Of a DNA stretch of 64,000 nt, positions 39,293-49,503 are shown piece by piece. The notes under the pieces are model-generated. The model saw only the letters and a list, made by a program, of their open reading frames with translations. It was not told where the DNA came from and did not search any database. Position numbers and translations under genes: made by a program. This DNA comes from a virus (Duplodnaviria > Caudoviricetes): IMG/VR virus record IMGVR_UViG_3300021959_007005; one strand, written 5' to 3'. The first letter of the stretch is position 1; the number at the start of each line of letters is the position of its first letter.

Positions 39293-42200
39293 ATGGCTAT
39301 AAATTATGATCATCAACGAGATAGGATTACATCTACATCAGATGTATTAACAATAAGTACAACTGGTGCACTTGGTGTACCAGTAGGAAATACTGCACAA
39401 CGACCAACCGCGGCAAGCGGTCAAATACGTTTTAACACACAACTGCAATCGTTTGAAGGTTACAATGGATCTGGATGGAGTTCGTTAGGTGGTATAGTTG
39501 ATGTAGATCAAGATACTAAAATTACAGCAGAATCTGCACCTGGATCAGACGAAGATACCCTTACATTTACAACAGCTGGTGTAGACCGAGCATCAATAAA
39601 TAGTGCAGGACTATTCAATGTCGTTTCGCAATTAACTGTAGGTGGTAATGTACAGTTTAATGGTACATTAAACACACATACTATCCCAAGTGGTACTGGG
39701 ACAATCGCGCTAACAAGTGATTTGTATACAGATAGTGATGTTGATACACACTTAAATCAAGGTAGTGCAATAACCAATCAGGTACTAAGTTGGGACGGTA
39801 CAGATTATAATTGGGTAACAAATAGTGGTGCAGGTATAGTCTTATCTGACATTAGTGTTGGTGCAGAAGGTACTGCCGCAGGCGATGGCGGAATTACATA
39901 TGATAACATTACTGGCGTTTTTACATACATACCTCCAGTATTAAGTGGTATCACTGGAAATACAGATGATATAACTGAAGGCACAACAAATTTATATTAC
40001 ACTACCGCAAGAGCAAATGCAGATTTCGATACAAGATTAGCAACTAAGTCAACGACAGACTTAGCAGAAGGAACTAATCTATATTACACAGCGGCACGTG
40101 ATACAGCACAATTCAACACAGATTTAGCAACTAAGTCAACTACAGACTTAGCAGAAGGAACTAACCTATATTATACAGATGCAAGAGCAAGAGCAGTCTC
40201 ATTAGAAAATATAGTAGAAGACACTACGCCACAACTGGGTGGTGATTTAGATCTTAATTCCAAAGATATCACTGGAACTGGTAATATTAATATTACTGGT
40301 AATGCAGTGATTAGTGGATACTTAGCTGGTCCTGCTAATTTTGTTATTGACCCAGCAGGTGTTGGAGATAACACAGGTAAAGTTGTAATTGCTGGCGATT
40401 TACAAGTTGATGGAACAACTACAACAATTAACAGTACAACATTAGACGTTGATGATCTTAATATTACTGTGGCTAAAGGAGCCGCAGATTCTGCGGCTGC
40501 AAACGGAGCTGGGTTAACAGTTGACGGTGCAGGCGCTAATATTACATACACACATGCAACTACTAGTTGGGACTTTAATAAAGATATTATACTATCCGGT
40601 GACTTTTTGCCTGATGGTGACGAAACAAGAGATATAGGTAGTTCAACTAAAAAATGGAAAGATTTATATCTAAGTGGAAGTACTATAAAGTTAGGGGCAG
40701 GAACGCTTAATGCCACAGGAACAGTTATTGGCTCTCCTGGAGGTTTTGATCTTAGTGTTAATGATACTGACGATTTATCAGAAGGAACAACTAATCTTTA
40801 CTATACGTCTGCAAGAGCGAATGCAGACTTCGATACAAAATTAGCAGGTGCATACACTGACGATTTATCAGAAGGTTCAACGAATTTATATTTCACTGAT
40901 GCAAGAGCAAGAGCATCAATATCAGTAACAGATAATGGCGGTGATGGTTCGGTATCATATGATTCATCAACTGGTGTTATTTCTTATACTGGTCCAAGTG
41001 CGGCAGAAGTTAGAGCTCATGTAAGTGCAAGTGGTGATTTAACATATACTCAATCAACAGGGGTGTTTAGCGTAACAACATATAAGTCGACTGATTTTGA
41101 TACTGACTTTGGTAATAAATCAACCGATGACTTATCAGAAGGCACAACGAATTTATATTATACAGATGCTCGTGTAGAGGCAGTATCTATTAATGAAGTT
41201 GTAGAAGACACAACACCACAACTGGGTGGTGATTTAGATCTTAATTCCAAAGATATCACTGGAACTGGTAATATTAATATTACTGGTAATGCAACAGTAA
41301 GTGGATACTTAGCTGGTCCTGCTAATTTTGTTATTGACCCAGCAGGTGTTGGAGATAACACTGGTAAGGTTGTAATAGCAGGAGACTTACAAGTTGACGG
41401 AACAACTACAACAATTAACAGCACAACACTTGATGTAGATGATCTTAATATCACAGTAGCAAAAGGATCGGCAAGTGCCGCGGCTGCTAATGGCGCTGGG
41501 TTAACAGTTGACGGTGCAAATGCTACACTTACATATACTAATACAGATGACCGTTGGAACTTAAACAAAGAACTAAATGTATCAAGGGTACACGGTAATG
41601 TGACGGGTAACGTAACTGGTACTGTATCAGATATTTCAAACCACAACACTGACGCACTAAGCGAAGGTTCAACTAACCTTTACTTCACAGATACTAGAGC
41701 AAGAAGTGCAATTAGTGGAGGTACAGGTGTAACATACACACCTAGTACTGGTGTAATTGAAATTGGACAGGACGTTGCAACAACATCAGACGTTACATTT
41801 AACGATGCTACTTTTGATGGTGAAGTTACAATCGAAGGTGACTTAACAGTTAAAGGCACAACAACATCAGTTAACTCAAATGAAGTTAACATTGGTGATA
41901 GTATTATACTACTTAATAGTGATGAAACAAGTACACCAAGCCAAAACGGCGGTATTGAAATTGAGCGTGGTACTAGTGATAATGTTCGTTTTGTATGGGA
42001 CGAAGTAAATGATCGGTGGAGTGCAGAAATTTATGACACAACCACGAGTGCATTTATTAGTGCAAAACTAACTGCTAATGAATTTATTGGTGACGTTACT
42101 GGTAATATTACTGGTCAAGTTACAGATATTAGTAACTTCACTACAGACGATTTAACAGAAGGCACAACTAATCTTTACTATACAGACGCTAGAACATTAG

Positions 42201-42373
42201 CTAAAATTAATGTATCTAGTATTAATGAACTTAGTGACGTCGACACAGCAACAACCCCTCCAACAAATGGACAAGTTTTAGTATATGATGGAAATACAAC
42301 TGAATGGGTACCAGGAACAGTGAGTGGCGGTGGCGGTGGGGGTAACAGTTTATTCCAACTTTTAAATCTATAA
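39293..42373 (+). CDS. Tail/virion fibre protein with 8 TDDLxEGxxNLYYTxAR repeats and an internal duplication
   Basis: GNTAQRP...GQIRFN..FEGYNGSGWSSLGG fibre N-terminus; repeats counted in the translation. Confidence 0.75.
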   Translation: MAINYDHQRDRITSTSDVLTISTTGALGVPVGNTAQRPTAASGQIRFNTQLQSFEGYNGSGWSSLGGIVDVDQDTKITAESAPGSDEDTLTFTTAGVDRASINSAGLFNVVSQLTVGGNVQFNGTLNTHTIPSGTGTIALTSDLYTDSDVDTHLNQGSAITNQVLSWDGTDYNWVTNSGAGIVLSDISVGAEGTAAGDGGITYDNITGVFTYIPPVLSGITGNTDDITEGTTNLYYTTARANADFDTRLATKSTTDLAEGTNLYYTAARDTAQFNTDLATKSTTDLAEGTNLYYTDARARAVSLENIVEDTTPQLGGDLDLNSKDITGTGNINITGNAVISGYLAGPANFVIDPAGVGDNTGKVVIAGDLQVDGTTTTINSTTLDVDDLNITVAKGAADSAAANGAGLTVDGAGANITYTHATTSWDFNKDIILSGDFLPDGDETRDIGSSTKKWKDLYLSGSTIKLGAGTLNATGTVIGSPGGFDLSVNDTDDLSEGTTNLYYTSARANADFDTKLAGAYTDDLSEGSTNLYFTDARARASISVTDNGGDGSVSYDSSTGVISYTGPSAAEVRAHVSASGDLTYTQSTGVFSVTTYKSTDFDTDFGNKSTDDLSEGTTNLYYTDARVEAVSINEVVEDTTPQLGGDLDLNSKDITGTGNINITGNATVSGYLAGPANFVIDPAGVGDNTGKVVIAGDLQVDGTTTTINSTTLDVDDLNITVAKGSASAAAANGAGLTVDGANATLTYTNTDDRWNLNKELNVSRVHGNVTGNVTGTVSDISNHNTDALSEGSTNLYFTDTRARSAISGGTGVTYTPSTGVIEIGQDVATTSDVTFNDATFDGEVTIEGDLTVKGTTTSVNSNEVNIGDSIILLNSDETSTPSQNGGIEIERGTSDNVRFVWDEVNDRWSAEIYDTTTSAFISAKLTANEFIGDVTGNITGQVTDISNFTTDDLTEGTTNLYYTDARTLAKINVSSINELSDVDTATTPPTNGQVLVYDGNTTEWVPGTVSGGGGGGNSLFQLLNL
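40229..41361 (+). repeat. Direct repeat pair, 987 nt apart: identical 78-nt (40229-40306 / 41216-41293) and 62-nt (40313-40374 / 41300-41361) blocks
   Basis: Aligned by eye from the sequence. Confidence 0.85.
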
Positions 42374-42376
42374 ATG

Positions 42377-42384
42377 GATAAATA
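42377..42384 (+). promoter_or_regulatory. Late promoter GATAAATA
   Basis: Motif match upstream of the TTG start at 42406. Confidence 0.5.
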
Positions 42385-42405
42385 TATTAAAGTAAGGAAA
42401 TTAAC

Positions 42406-42738
42406 TTGGCACAAGCAATGGAAACATTCAAAACTGCTACAATAGCAGGTTCAGGAACAACACTAGTGACAGTTGGTGCTGGTTCACATTTTATACACAG
42501 TTGTTATATAGCTAATGTATATGGAAGTGCATTACCAATTACAGTTGAAATAGTTCATGCAGATGCCACTGTTACACATATTGCTCATAATCTTAAAGTT
42601 ATGGGAGACGAAGTAGTTGATGTAGCAAAAGATAATAAAATCTATATTCAAGATGGTGACGCAATTAAAGTCAAGACTACTAGTGCAAAAACTGACGGAT
42701 TTACTGTTACCCTTAGCTTATTGAAAGAGGCATTATAA
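42406..42738 (+). CDS. Small virion structural protein (beta-sandwich)
   Basis: RBS AAGGA, TTG start; IAN...ITVEI...GD.IKV pattern common in phage fibre clusters. Confidence 0.55.
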   Translation: MAQAMETFKTATIAGSGTTLVTVGAGSHFIHSCYIANVYGSALPITVEIVHADATVTHIAHNLKVMGDEVVDVAKDNKIYIQDGDAIKVKTTSAKTDGFTVTLSLLKEAL

Positions 42739-42995
42739 TGGCACATTCAGACAGCACCGGTGGAATATACGAAGGAACACAGTACGGTGATAAAACATTT
42801 TATGGATTTAAATTAGATCCAATTAATGGAGATTTAACAGTGGAAATTATCAATGATGGTACAACACCAATTATGATCCCAGATCCAGAAAATATTGGCG
42901 GTGACGATTACCGGCAACATTTTTGGAGTGTAGACTCGATTGAGTTTCAATTTAACCATACAACAGGACATTTACAAATGGTATTCCTGGCATAA
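42738..42995 (+). CDS. Small hypothetical virion protein
   Basis: TAATG-coupled to the upstream gene; FYGFKLD..GDL motif. Confidence 0.55.
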   Translation: MAHSDSTGGIYEGTQYGDKTFYGFKLDPINGDLTVEIINDGTTPIMIPDPENIGGDDYRQHFWSVDSIEFQFNHTTGHLQMVFLA

Positions 42996-42998
42996 ATA
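42991..42998 (+). promoter_or_regulatory. Late promoter CATAAATA
   Basis: Motif match followed by RBS AGGA. Confidence 0.55.
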
Positions 42999-43024
42999 TA
43001 ATAAGTATAAAGTAGGACGCAAAA

Positions 43025-46000
43025 ATGGCAACAATATTAGACCTTGGTAAACTAAGATTTCACTTTGCAGGTGATTGGCAAGTAGCCACAACTTATGAAA
43101 TTAATGATGTAGTAAAGTATGGTGGTAACGTTTACGTTTACAGTAGCGTGACACGAACAGCTGGAAACCTCCCAACAAACGCAGCATATTGGGCGTTAAT
43201 GGTAGAAGGTTTTAAATTTAGACAAATATATGATGGAGCAACACAATATCGTGTTGGTGACGGGGTTGCACATGGTGGTGCAGTATATATTGCTATAGCT
43301 GATACACAAGGAAACACCCCTCCAAATGCAACATACTGGAGCCAATTTGCAGATGGTATTCAATGGGAAGGTGTTTATAGTAGCGCAGGCGTTTATCAAA
43401 AGAATGATATAGTACAATATGGTGCAAAAACATATATTGCTAAACAAGATACGACAGGAAATTTGCCAACGGCTTCAACATATTGGGATCAGTTTGTTGA
43501 TGGAATTAGTGCAGCAGGTGTTTATAATAATGCCGTTAATTATGTACCAGGTGACTTAGTAGCCTACGGTGCCAACATTTATCGTTGTACACTAGAAACA
43601 TCTGGAAATATACCAACTAATAACGGATTTTGGGAGCTGTTTAGTACAGGTAATAGTTTTAGAGGGTTATGGGGACCGACTACAGATTATTTTGTTGGTG
43701 AAACTGTAAGATTTGGTGGAAACGTTTATTCAGCTAAAATTGATAACGTTGGTAAATCTCCAGATACAAATACAACTGAATGGGAATTATTTTCAACTGG
43801 TGTAAATTCAAGAGGTGATTGGATAACATCAACAGCCTTTGCAATTAACGATATTGTAGTATACGGAGGTAATACTTATAATTGTTTAATTAGTCACACG
43901 TCAGGAGTATTTAATACTGACCTAGCTGCAAATAAATGGATAAAGTTTAATAGTGGCGTTCGTTATATGGGAGCCTGGACAGCTGGCACAACATATCTTA
44001 AAGACGATATTGTTAGTGAAAGTGTCAGTACATATATTGCAGCTAGTGATCACGTAGCAGGTAGTGACTTTTTTGTAGATAGTGCAAATGGATTATGGAC
44101 TAGTTTTGTTGTTGGTGCTAGTTATGTGCTTCCAAATACAGCTGGACAAGCTGGTAAGTACTTACAGACACCAGATGGTATAAACTATAGTTGGCAGTTT
44201 AGTGGTGCTAATGATAAAATTTACTATGTGTCAGAAGACAGTACTAGTAGTGCTGATGATAATGATCATGGACAGGCAATTGACTATGCGTTTGCAAGCC
44301 TTCGGTTTGCATGTGATTATATCAACGCTGACGTAGCAAACAGAACACCAGCTACAATCTTTATCAAAGATGGTACTTACAGCGAGCAACTTCCAATTCA
44401 TATTCCGATTAATACTACTATTGTTGGTGACGGACAGCGTAACTGTATAATCCAACCAGACACAGTGAATGATGGTGGATTTGGTGCAGGTATTAGTGAT
44501 GATGGTGTAACACCAAACAATGAAGCTACAATGTTTTTTGTAAACAGTGGAACAATGATAGAAGGCGTACTCCTTAAAGGTTTAACCGGATTTGTTGACA
44601 ATACACCAAGTGATATTACAGCGTCGACAGTTAAAGGTTGTTACTTTAGAATTGAACCCGGTGCTACATTAGCCAAATCTCCATACATCAAAGAATCAAG
44701 TGCGTTCTCAACAGGAGGCGTTGGTGCTATTGTAGATGGATCGGTTGTTGCCGCAGGTACAGCGGGTAGTATGGTGTTTCACACATTTACACAAGTACAT
44801 AACGGTGGCATAGGATTTTGGATAAAAGACAACGGATTGAGTGAAATTGTTAGTTGCTTTACATACTATAATACTTACGGTTATGCTGCTACTGGCGGCG
44901 GTAAAATACGTGCGCTAAACGGTAACAACAGTTACGGCGAATACGGTGCAGTTTCACAAGGTTTTGATACTTCTGAATTTCCACTAAGCGGATATGTTTA
45001 TGGTGATACAGTTGAGTACACAGTATCAACTCTTAATACAACAGATGGATTTACAGTTGGTGATACAATAACTGGTTCACAGACTGATTCATCACAGTCA
45101 ATAACTGGAATAAGTATAGCTCAACAGGCAACTGTTACCACAACAGGCGCTCATGGATTTTCTGAAGGTGAAGGATTTGCATTTAGTAGCATTCCTGAAG
45201 CCGTATGGCAGCCAATTTTAGGTAGCCACGGAACAGCAAATATGTATAACAGAACATGGTATGCAGACGTTGTAGATACAACTAGTTTTAGAATATGTAC
45301 AAACCCAGATTTAACTAATTATCTAGATACACGATCACTTGCTGGTTGGGGATTTGTTACAGTGGCAATTCAAGATGCAACACGTAGTAACCCAGTTATT
45401 ATAACGGCAGCTAATCACGGATATTCTAATGGTCAATTAGTTCAAGCAGTAACAGGTGTTGCAGGTATGACACAACTTAATGGAAATGACTATTATGCAG
45501 CCAATGTTACAACTAACACGCTTGAACTTTATAGTGATTCTGGACTTTCAAACAGTGTAGACGGAACAGCGTATACAGCTTATACTAGTGGCGGTAGTGC
45601 AACAAGAATTCTAAACGGTACTACACTATCGGGAGGAAATGTACTATCAACAAAATATACAGCCAGTGTTGCTAATATACAAACAAATTTAAATCCAGCA
45701 ACTAAGCATAGACTAGTTATTAATGATATCTATCATGGTTATGCAGGGCAAACATTTAAAGTAACTGTTCAAAATAATGGATTGGGAAACAGATATCTGT
45801 TTAATGGGCAAGAAGCACAAGCTATTAAAATGGACACTAAACACAGGATGTACATTTTTGAACAAAATGATAGTACTAATATTAGTCATCCACTATATTT
45901 TAGTACAACTGCTGACGGTATCCATGCTGGCGGCGCAGAACATACTGTAGCTAAAGATGCGGCAGCTGGGCTTGGTAGTGGATCAAGTGTAGAGTACTGG

Positions 46001-47731
46001 TTAGATGGTGTAAATGTAGGCAACTTAGCTGCTTATGATAGTGGGTTTGCTTCCGCAACTGCTAGAGAAGTTAGAGTAATTGGCTCCGTCGCAGATTTAT
46101 ATGCAGTATGTAAAAATCATTCTGGAATGGGTGGAGGAAGAAAATTCACTCCAACAACTGGAACTACATATGATCCAACTACTGGTGTGATGGTATTGGA
46201 AATTGGCGCACACAGTTTAGCCTTGGGGTCACATATTATTTTAGATAATGAAAGTTTGACATTTACGTGTGCATATGATGGTAATACAACACAAATTGCA
46301 TATCCAAAAGCGAGTAGTGCGGGTGTATTTGAAACTTATATATCAATACTTGAGGTAACAGCTACAACAATTACAGTTAATGTTGGCGTAGCAACTGGAG
46401 CGGCGGCAGCTAGTGTCCACTCTTTTGTAAGCGCAACAGCAAATGCAGTTAAGCCAATTGGCGCAAGACCAACAATTAAATACGAAACAACAACACAACA
46501 TAGTACAGCAGATGCGTTTAGAGAGCAAGTACATGGTATGATAACTTATCCGTTTGCTAACAATACAGTCATAACAGCACAAGATGGGCAATTTGCGACA
46601 CTAACGAATCCGGCAGGTACTGACAAGGCAAACCAAGGACAATTTGGATTTGCCATGGTACTGGGTGGCCTTAGTAGTATTCCAGTAGCAGGCGGTAGTT
46701 TAGAATTTATTACTGGTCCAGTAATAAATCCAGCAGATAACACAGATATTACCGATGATCAAAATACAGGTGTAGATTCTTTAACTTATATTATCACAAG
46801 TGTAAGTAATTATGTTAAAGAATCAAATGATACACAAGGTGGCACAGTTACCGTAACATTGGCAACGGAAAAACAAAATACAGCGGCAACATACTATGGA
46901 CAACGATTCAATATCAGATACAGATATAGTCAAGTACGTTTAACAGGACATGACTTCCTAAGTATTGGTACTGGTACAAAAGAAAGCAGTAACTATCCAG
47001 GTGTACCAACACAAGATGCAGCACAAGGTAGAGAAGTTACTGAAACATTCCCAGGACGTGTTTACTATGTAAGTACAGACCAAGATGGTAACTTTAGAGT
47101 TGGTAGTTACTTTAGAGTTGACCAAGCTACTGGTAGAGCTACATTGGATGCAAGTGCATTTGACCTAGCTGGTTTGACAAGTTTAAGACTTGGTAGTATT
47201 GGTGCTCAATTGGGAGAAAGTATTAACGAATTTAGTAGTGATGGGTCGTTGTCAGGTAATAGTAACTTATCAGTCCCGACAGAACAGGCTGTTAAAACTT
47301 ATGCAGATACTAAAATTGCTAAATCATTATTAACAACACAAGGCGATATTATCGTAAGAGGGGCAACTGCTCCTGAGAGATTGGCAATTGGTGCTGCTGG
47401 AAAAGTACTTAAAGTAAATGCTGGGGGAACTGGTTTTGAATACGGCTCAGGCGGCGGCGGTGCTGGATTAACAAACACATTCTTATCAAGTAGTCTTACG
47501 TTAAATTCAGACGGATTTGTAACTGCCGGAACAGTTGGATCAATTTCATATACTAATATAGTATATGAAACTGTTGGTAGAGCAGACAGTGGATCGCTGG
47601 TCTTTGGTAGTTTCAAACGTATAACAAGCTATACTGAAGCTGACTCAGTTGCAGGAAAAACTAACAATGTAACCATTACATACGATGCTACATCTGGTAC
47701 TGTAACTGAAATTGCAGTTGTTGAGCAATGA
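43025..47731 (+). CDS. Large modular fibre/adhesin: CBM5/12-like repeats, beta-helix, FCCH-like repeats, cupredoxin-like domain
   Basis: W...TTY..NDVV.YGG..Y repeats; AP(S)PYIK beta-helix region; SNPVIITAANHGY; SHPLYF...CKNHSGMG. Confidence 0.7.
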   Translation: MATILDLGKLRFHFAGDWQVATTYEINDVVKYGGNVYVYSSVTRTAGNLPTNAAYWALMVEGFKFRQIYDGATQYRVGDGVAHGGAVYIAIADTQGNTPPNATYWSQFADGIQWEGVYSSAGVYQKNDIVQYGAKTYIAKQDTTGNLPTASTYWDQFVDGISAAGVYNNAVNYVPGDLVAYGANIYRCTLETSGNIPTNNGFWELFSTGNSFRGLWGPTTDYFVGETVRFGGNVYSAKIDNVGKSPDTNTTEWELFSTGVNSRGDWITSTAFAINDIVVYGGNTYNCLISHTSGVFNTDLAANKWIKFNSGVRYMGAWTAGTTYLKDDIVSESVSTYIAASDHVAGSDFFVDSANGLWTSFVVGASYVLPNTAGQAGKYLQTPDGINYSWQFSGANDKIYYVSEDSTSSADDNDHGQAIDYAFASLRFACDYINADVANRTPATIFIKDGTYSEQLPIHIPINTTIVGDGQRNCIIQPDTVNDGGFGAGISDDGVTPNNEATMFFVNSGTMIEGVLLKGLTGFVDNTPSDITASTVKGCYFRIEPGATLAKSPYIKESSAFSTGGVGAIVDGSVVAAGTAGSMVFHTFTQVHNGGIGFWIKDNGLSEIVSCFTYYNTYGYAATGGGKIRALNGNNSYGEYGAVSQGFDTSEFPLSGYVYGDTVEYTVSTLNTTDGFTVGDTITGSQTDSSQSITGISIAQQATVTTTGAHGFSEGEGFAFSSIPEAVWQPILGSHGTANMYNRTWYADVVDTTSFRICTNPDLTNYLDTRSLAGWGFVTVAIQDATRSNPVIITAANHGYSNGQLVQAVTGVAGMTQLNGNDYYAANVTTNTLELYSDSGLSNSVDGTAYTAYTSGGSATRILNGTTLSGGNVLSTKYTASVANIQTNLNPATKHRLVINDIYHGYAGQTFKVTVQNNGLGNRYLFNGQEAQAIKMDTKHRMYIFEQNDSTNISHPLYFSTTADGIHAGGAEHTVAKDAAAGLGSGSSVEYWLDGVNVGNLAAYDSGFASATAREVRVIGSVADLYAVCKNHSGMGGGRKFTPTTGTTYDPTTGVMVLEIGAHSLALGSHIILDNESLTFTCAYDGNTTQIAYPKASSAGVFETYISILEVTATTITVNVGVATGAAAASVHSFVSATANAVKPIGARPTIKYETTTQHSTADAFREQVHGMITYPFANNTVITAQDGQFATLTNPAGTDKANQGQFGFAMVLGGLSSIPVAGGSLEFITGPVINPADNTDITDDQNTGVDSLTYIITSVSNYVKESNDTQGGTVTVTLATEKQNTAATYYGQRFNIRYRYSQVRLTGHDFLSIGTGTKESSNYPGVPTQDAAQGREVTETFPGRVYYVSTDQDGNFRVGSYFRVDQATGRATLDASAFDLAGLTSLRLGSIGAQLGESINEFSSDGSLSGNSNLSVPTEQAVKTYADTKIAKSLLTTQGDIIVRGATAPERLAIGAAGKVLKVNAGGTGFEYGSGGGGAGLTNTFLSSSLTLNSDGFVTAGTVGSISYTNIVYETVGRADSGSLVFGSFKRITSYTEADSVAGKTNNVTITYDATSGTVTEIAVVEQ

Positions 47732-47737
47732 TAAATA
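47730..47737 (+). promoter_or_regulatory. Late promoter GATAAATA
   Basis: Motif overlaps the upstream stop. Confidence 0.55.
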
Positions 47738-47765
47738 GAATTAGTAAACAAAGGTAAAAGAAAAT

Positions 47766-48791
47766 ATGGCAGATGCATTATTATATAATCAGATTATGGA
47801 ATCAAATAAAGCTATGCAACAATGCATTGAAGATACTAACTTAGCAGGATTGCAATCCGCCTTAGATAATTGTCCATTTTGTATAGAAGGATGGGTATTA
47901 CTACCGTATTGTGGTGCTGGAAAAACAGCATCAAATGTACTTGACGTACAAAACAGTGCGTGTCCCTATCGATGTGGCAATAGCTGCACCTGGACTGTGC
48001 CAGCTGCTACCAATAAAGCTATGTTCCAGATATGGGGAGCAGGAGCAAACACGATGCCTGGGTGTTGTTGCGGTGGATCAGAATATGGAGCAAATGGTGC
48101 GTATGCAGTAGCAATTGCTGATGTTTGCCCTGGTGCAACCTATCTACTATGTTCAGCGTGTGCTCAATGTTGTCATCCTGGTAGAGGAGTTGGTGCATGT
48201 ACCCATTGTGCTTCCACTGTAACTGGAATGGCTGGCACAGATTATGAAGTATGTATGTGTGCATTTGGTGGCTGTAGTGGTGTATTTAGACATATACAAG
48301 TACTGTCGGGTTCGTCTTGTTGTAGATTCCAATCCAAAACGTCACAATCATCCGGAGCATGTATTTGTAATAGTGGTGGCGATTATTGTTTTGCCAGCTC
48401 GTGTGCAACGTGCGGAGAAGTTGAATATTCAGTAGATCCTGATCGTGGGTTTTATGTAAGTTTAGGTGGAGCTCAATCAAGTAACAATTATGGTGGGTTT
48501 AACAGTGTTTACCCAGTCACGTGTTTCGACACAAACCATTATGGATATAAAATAAGACCGCCAGGAATAAGCCACGAGCATACTCAGCTAGTTGGAACTT
48601 GTGATTGTTGTGCTACGTTTTCTAGTGGGCAATGCTGCGGCGGTATTAATTGCGGTGCTTATTGTAATACCTGCCAGTGTGAACACTGGGGTCAAGGAGC
48701 CACGTTTGCCCATCATATGGGTGGAGCGAACTCAAATTGCGGTGGAATGCCACACCCAGGACATGTAAAAGTGTCATGGTGGTCAGAGTGA
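47766..48791 (+). CDS. Cys-rich (about 38 Cys/341 aa) glycine-rich-domain fibre protein, paralogue 1
   Basis: CTWTVP...FQIWGAGA...CCCGG...GA.GAY. Confidence 0.65.
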   Translation: MADALLYNQIMESNKAMQQCIEDTNLAGLQSALDNCPFCIEGWVLLPYCGAGKTASNVLDVQNSACPYRCGNSCTWTVPAATNKAMFQIWGAGANTMPGCCCGGSEYGANGAYAVAIADVCPGATYLLCSACAQCCHPGRGVGACTHCASTVTGMAGTDYEVCMCAFGGCSGVFRHIQVLSGSSCCRFQSKTSQSSGACICNSGGDYCFASSCATCGEVEYSVDPDRGFYVSLGGAQSSNNYGGFNSVYPVTCFDTNHYGYKIRPPGISHEHTQLVGTCDCCATFSSGQCCGGINCGAYCNTCQCEHWGQGATFAHHMGGANSNCGGMPHPGHVKVSWWSE

Positions 48792-48798
48792 TGAATAA

Positions 48799-48806
48799 GA
48801 TAAATA
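48799..48806 (+). promoter_or_regulatory. Late promoter GATAAATA
   Basis: Motif match; the initiation region nearly duplicates that of 47766. Confidence 0.55.
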
Positions 48807-48825
48807 ATTACGAAGGTAAAAAAAT

Positions 48826-49485
48826 ATGGCAGATATAACAAAAGAATTTACAGTTAATGTTCAAGATGAGCTTTGGTTAAACAAATGGACAGATGATCCA
48901 GTTAACACAGCTACGTATACGTATACTGGTACTGATACTGTATGGGTAGCAGTTCATGGGGATAATTTAATGGGATTTGATACTGAAAAAGAAATTCCGC
49001 AAGATGAACATCCAAATTGTACTATTATTGAAATTGATTGTAACGATAGGCCTGAAATTGGGCAATGGATGAAAGTGCTAGCTGATGATTTTGAATATAC
49101 GTATGAAAATGAAACACAAGCAGATGGTAGTGTTTATAAAAAAATAACCAATCCTAGACTAAGAGATTGGAAAGATTTAGTAGTTAATTCTGATGGAACA
49201 GATGTTGAATTAGTTCCATTATATAAACTTGAGAAAACTACACATGAACTAATACTTGATAAAAGACTACGGTGGCTGGAAAAATATGAAAATACATATG
49301 ATTTAGATGATGATACTAAAGTGTTGATTGCTGCTTTTAAAACAGCCGCTAGTGATTATACTACAGCTAATGCTAGTGTATTACCATGGAAATATATTAC
49401 TGTAGCAGAAGGTAACCTACCAAAATTACCAATGGCTGTAGTAAATTTATTAAAAACATTACCAGATCCAGATACTGTATTATAA
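48826..49485 (+). CDS. Hypothetical protein, possible fibre-assembly chaperone
   Basis: Acidic 219-aa ORF between the two Cys-rich paralogues; C-terminal YTTA...LPWK.I..P resembles the tail-fibre-assembly C-terminal pattern. Confidence 0.45.
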   Translation: MADITKEFTVNVQDELWLNKWTDDPVNTATYTYTGTDTVWVAVHGDNLMGFDTEKEIPQDEHPNCTIIEIDCNDRPEIGQWMKVLADDFEYTYENETQADGSVYKKITNPRLRDWKDLVVNSDGTDVELVPLYKLEKTTHELILDKRLRWLEKYENTYDLDDDTKVLIAAFKTAASDYTTANASVLPWKYITVAEGNLPKLPMAVVNLLKTLPDPDTVL

Positions 49486-49503
49486 TAATCTAAAGGAAAC
49501 AAA

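Noticed and set aside
40229-41361. Near-identical repeat pair as a DGR template/variable repeat
   Set aside because: Both copies are in frame inside one gene, differences are not adenine-specific, and there is no reverse transcriptase in the window.
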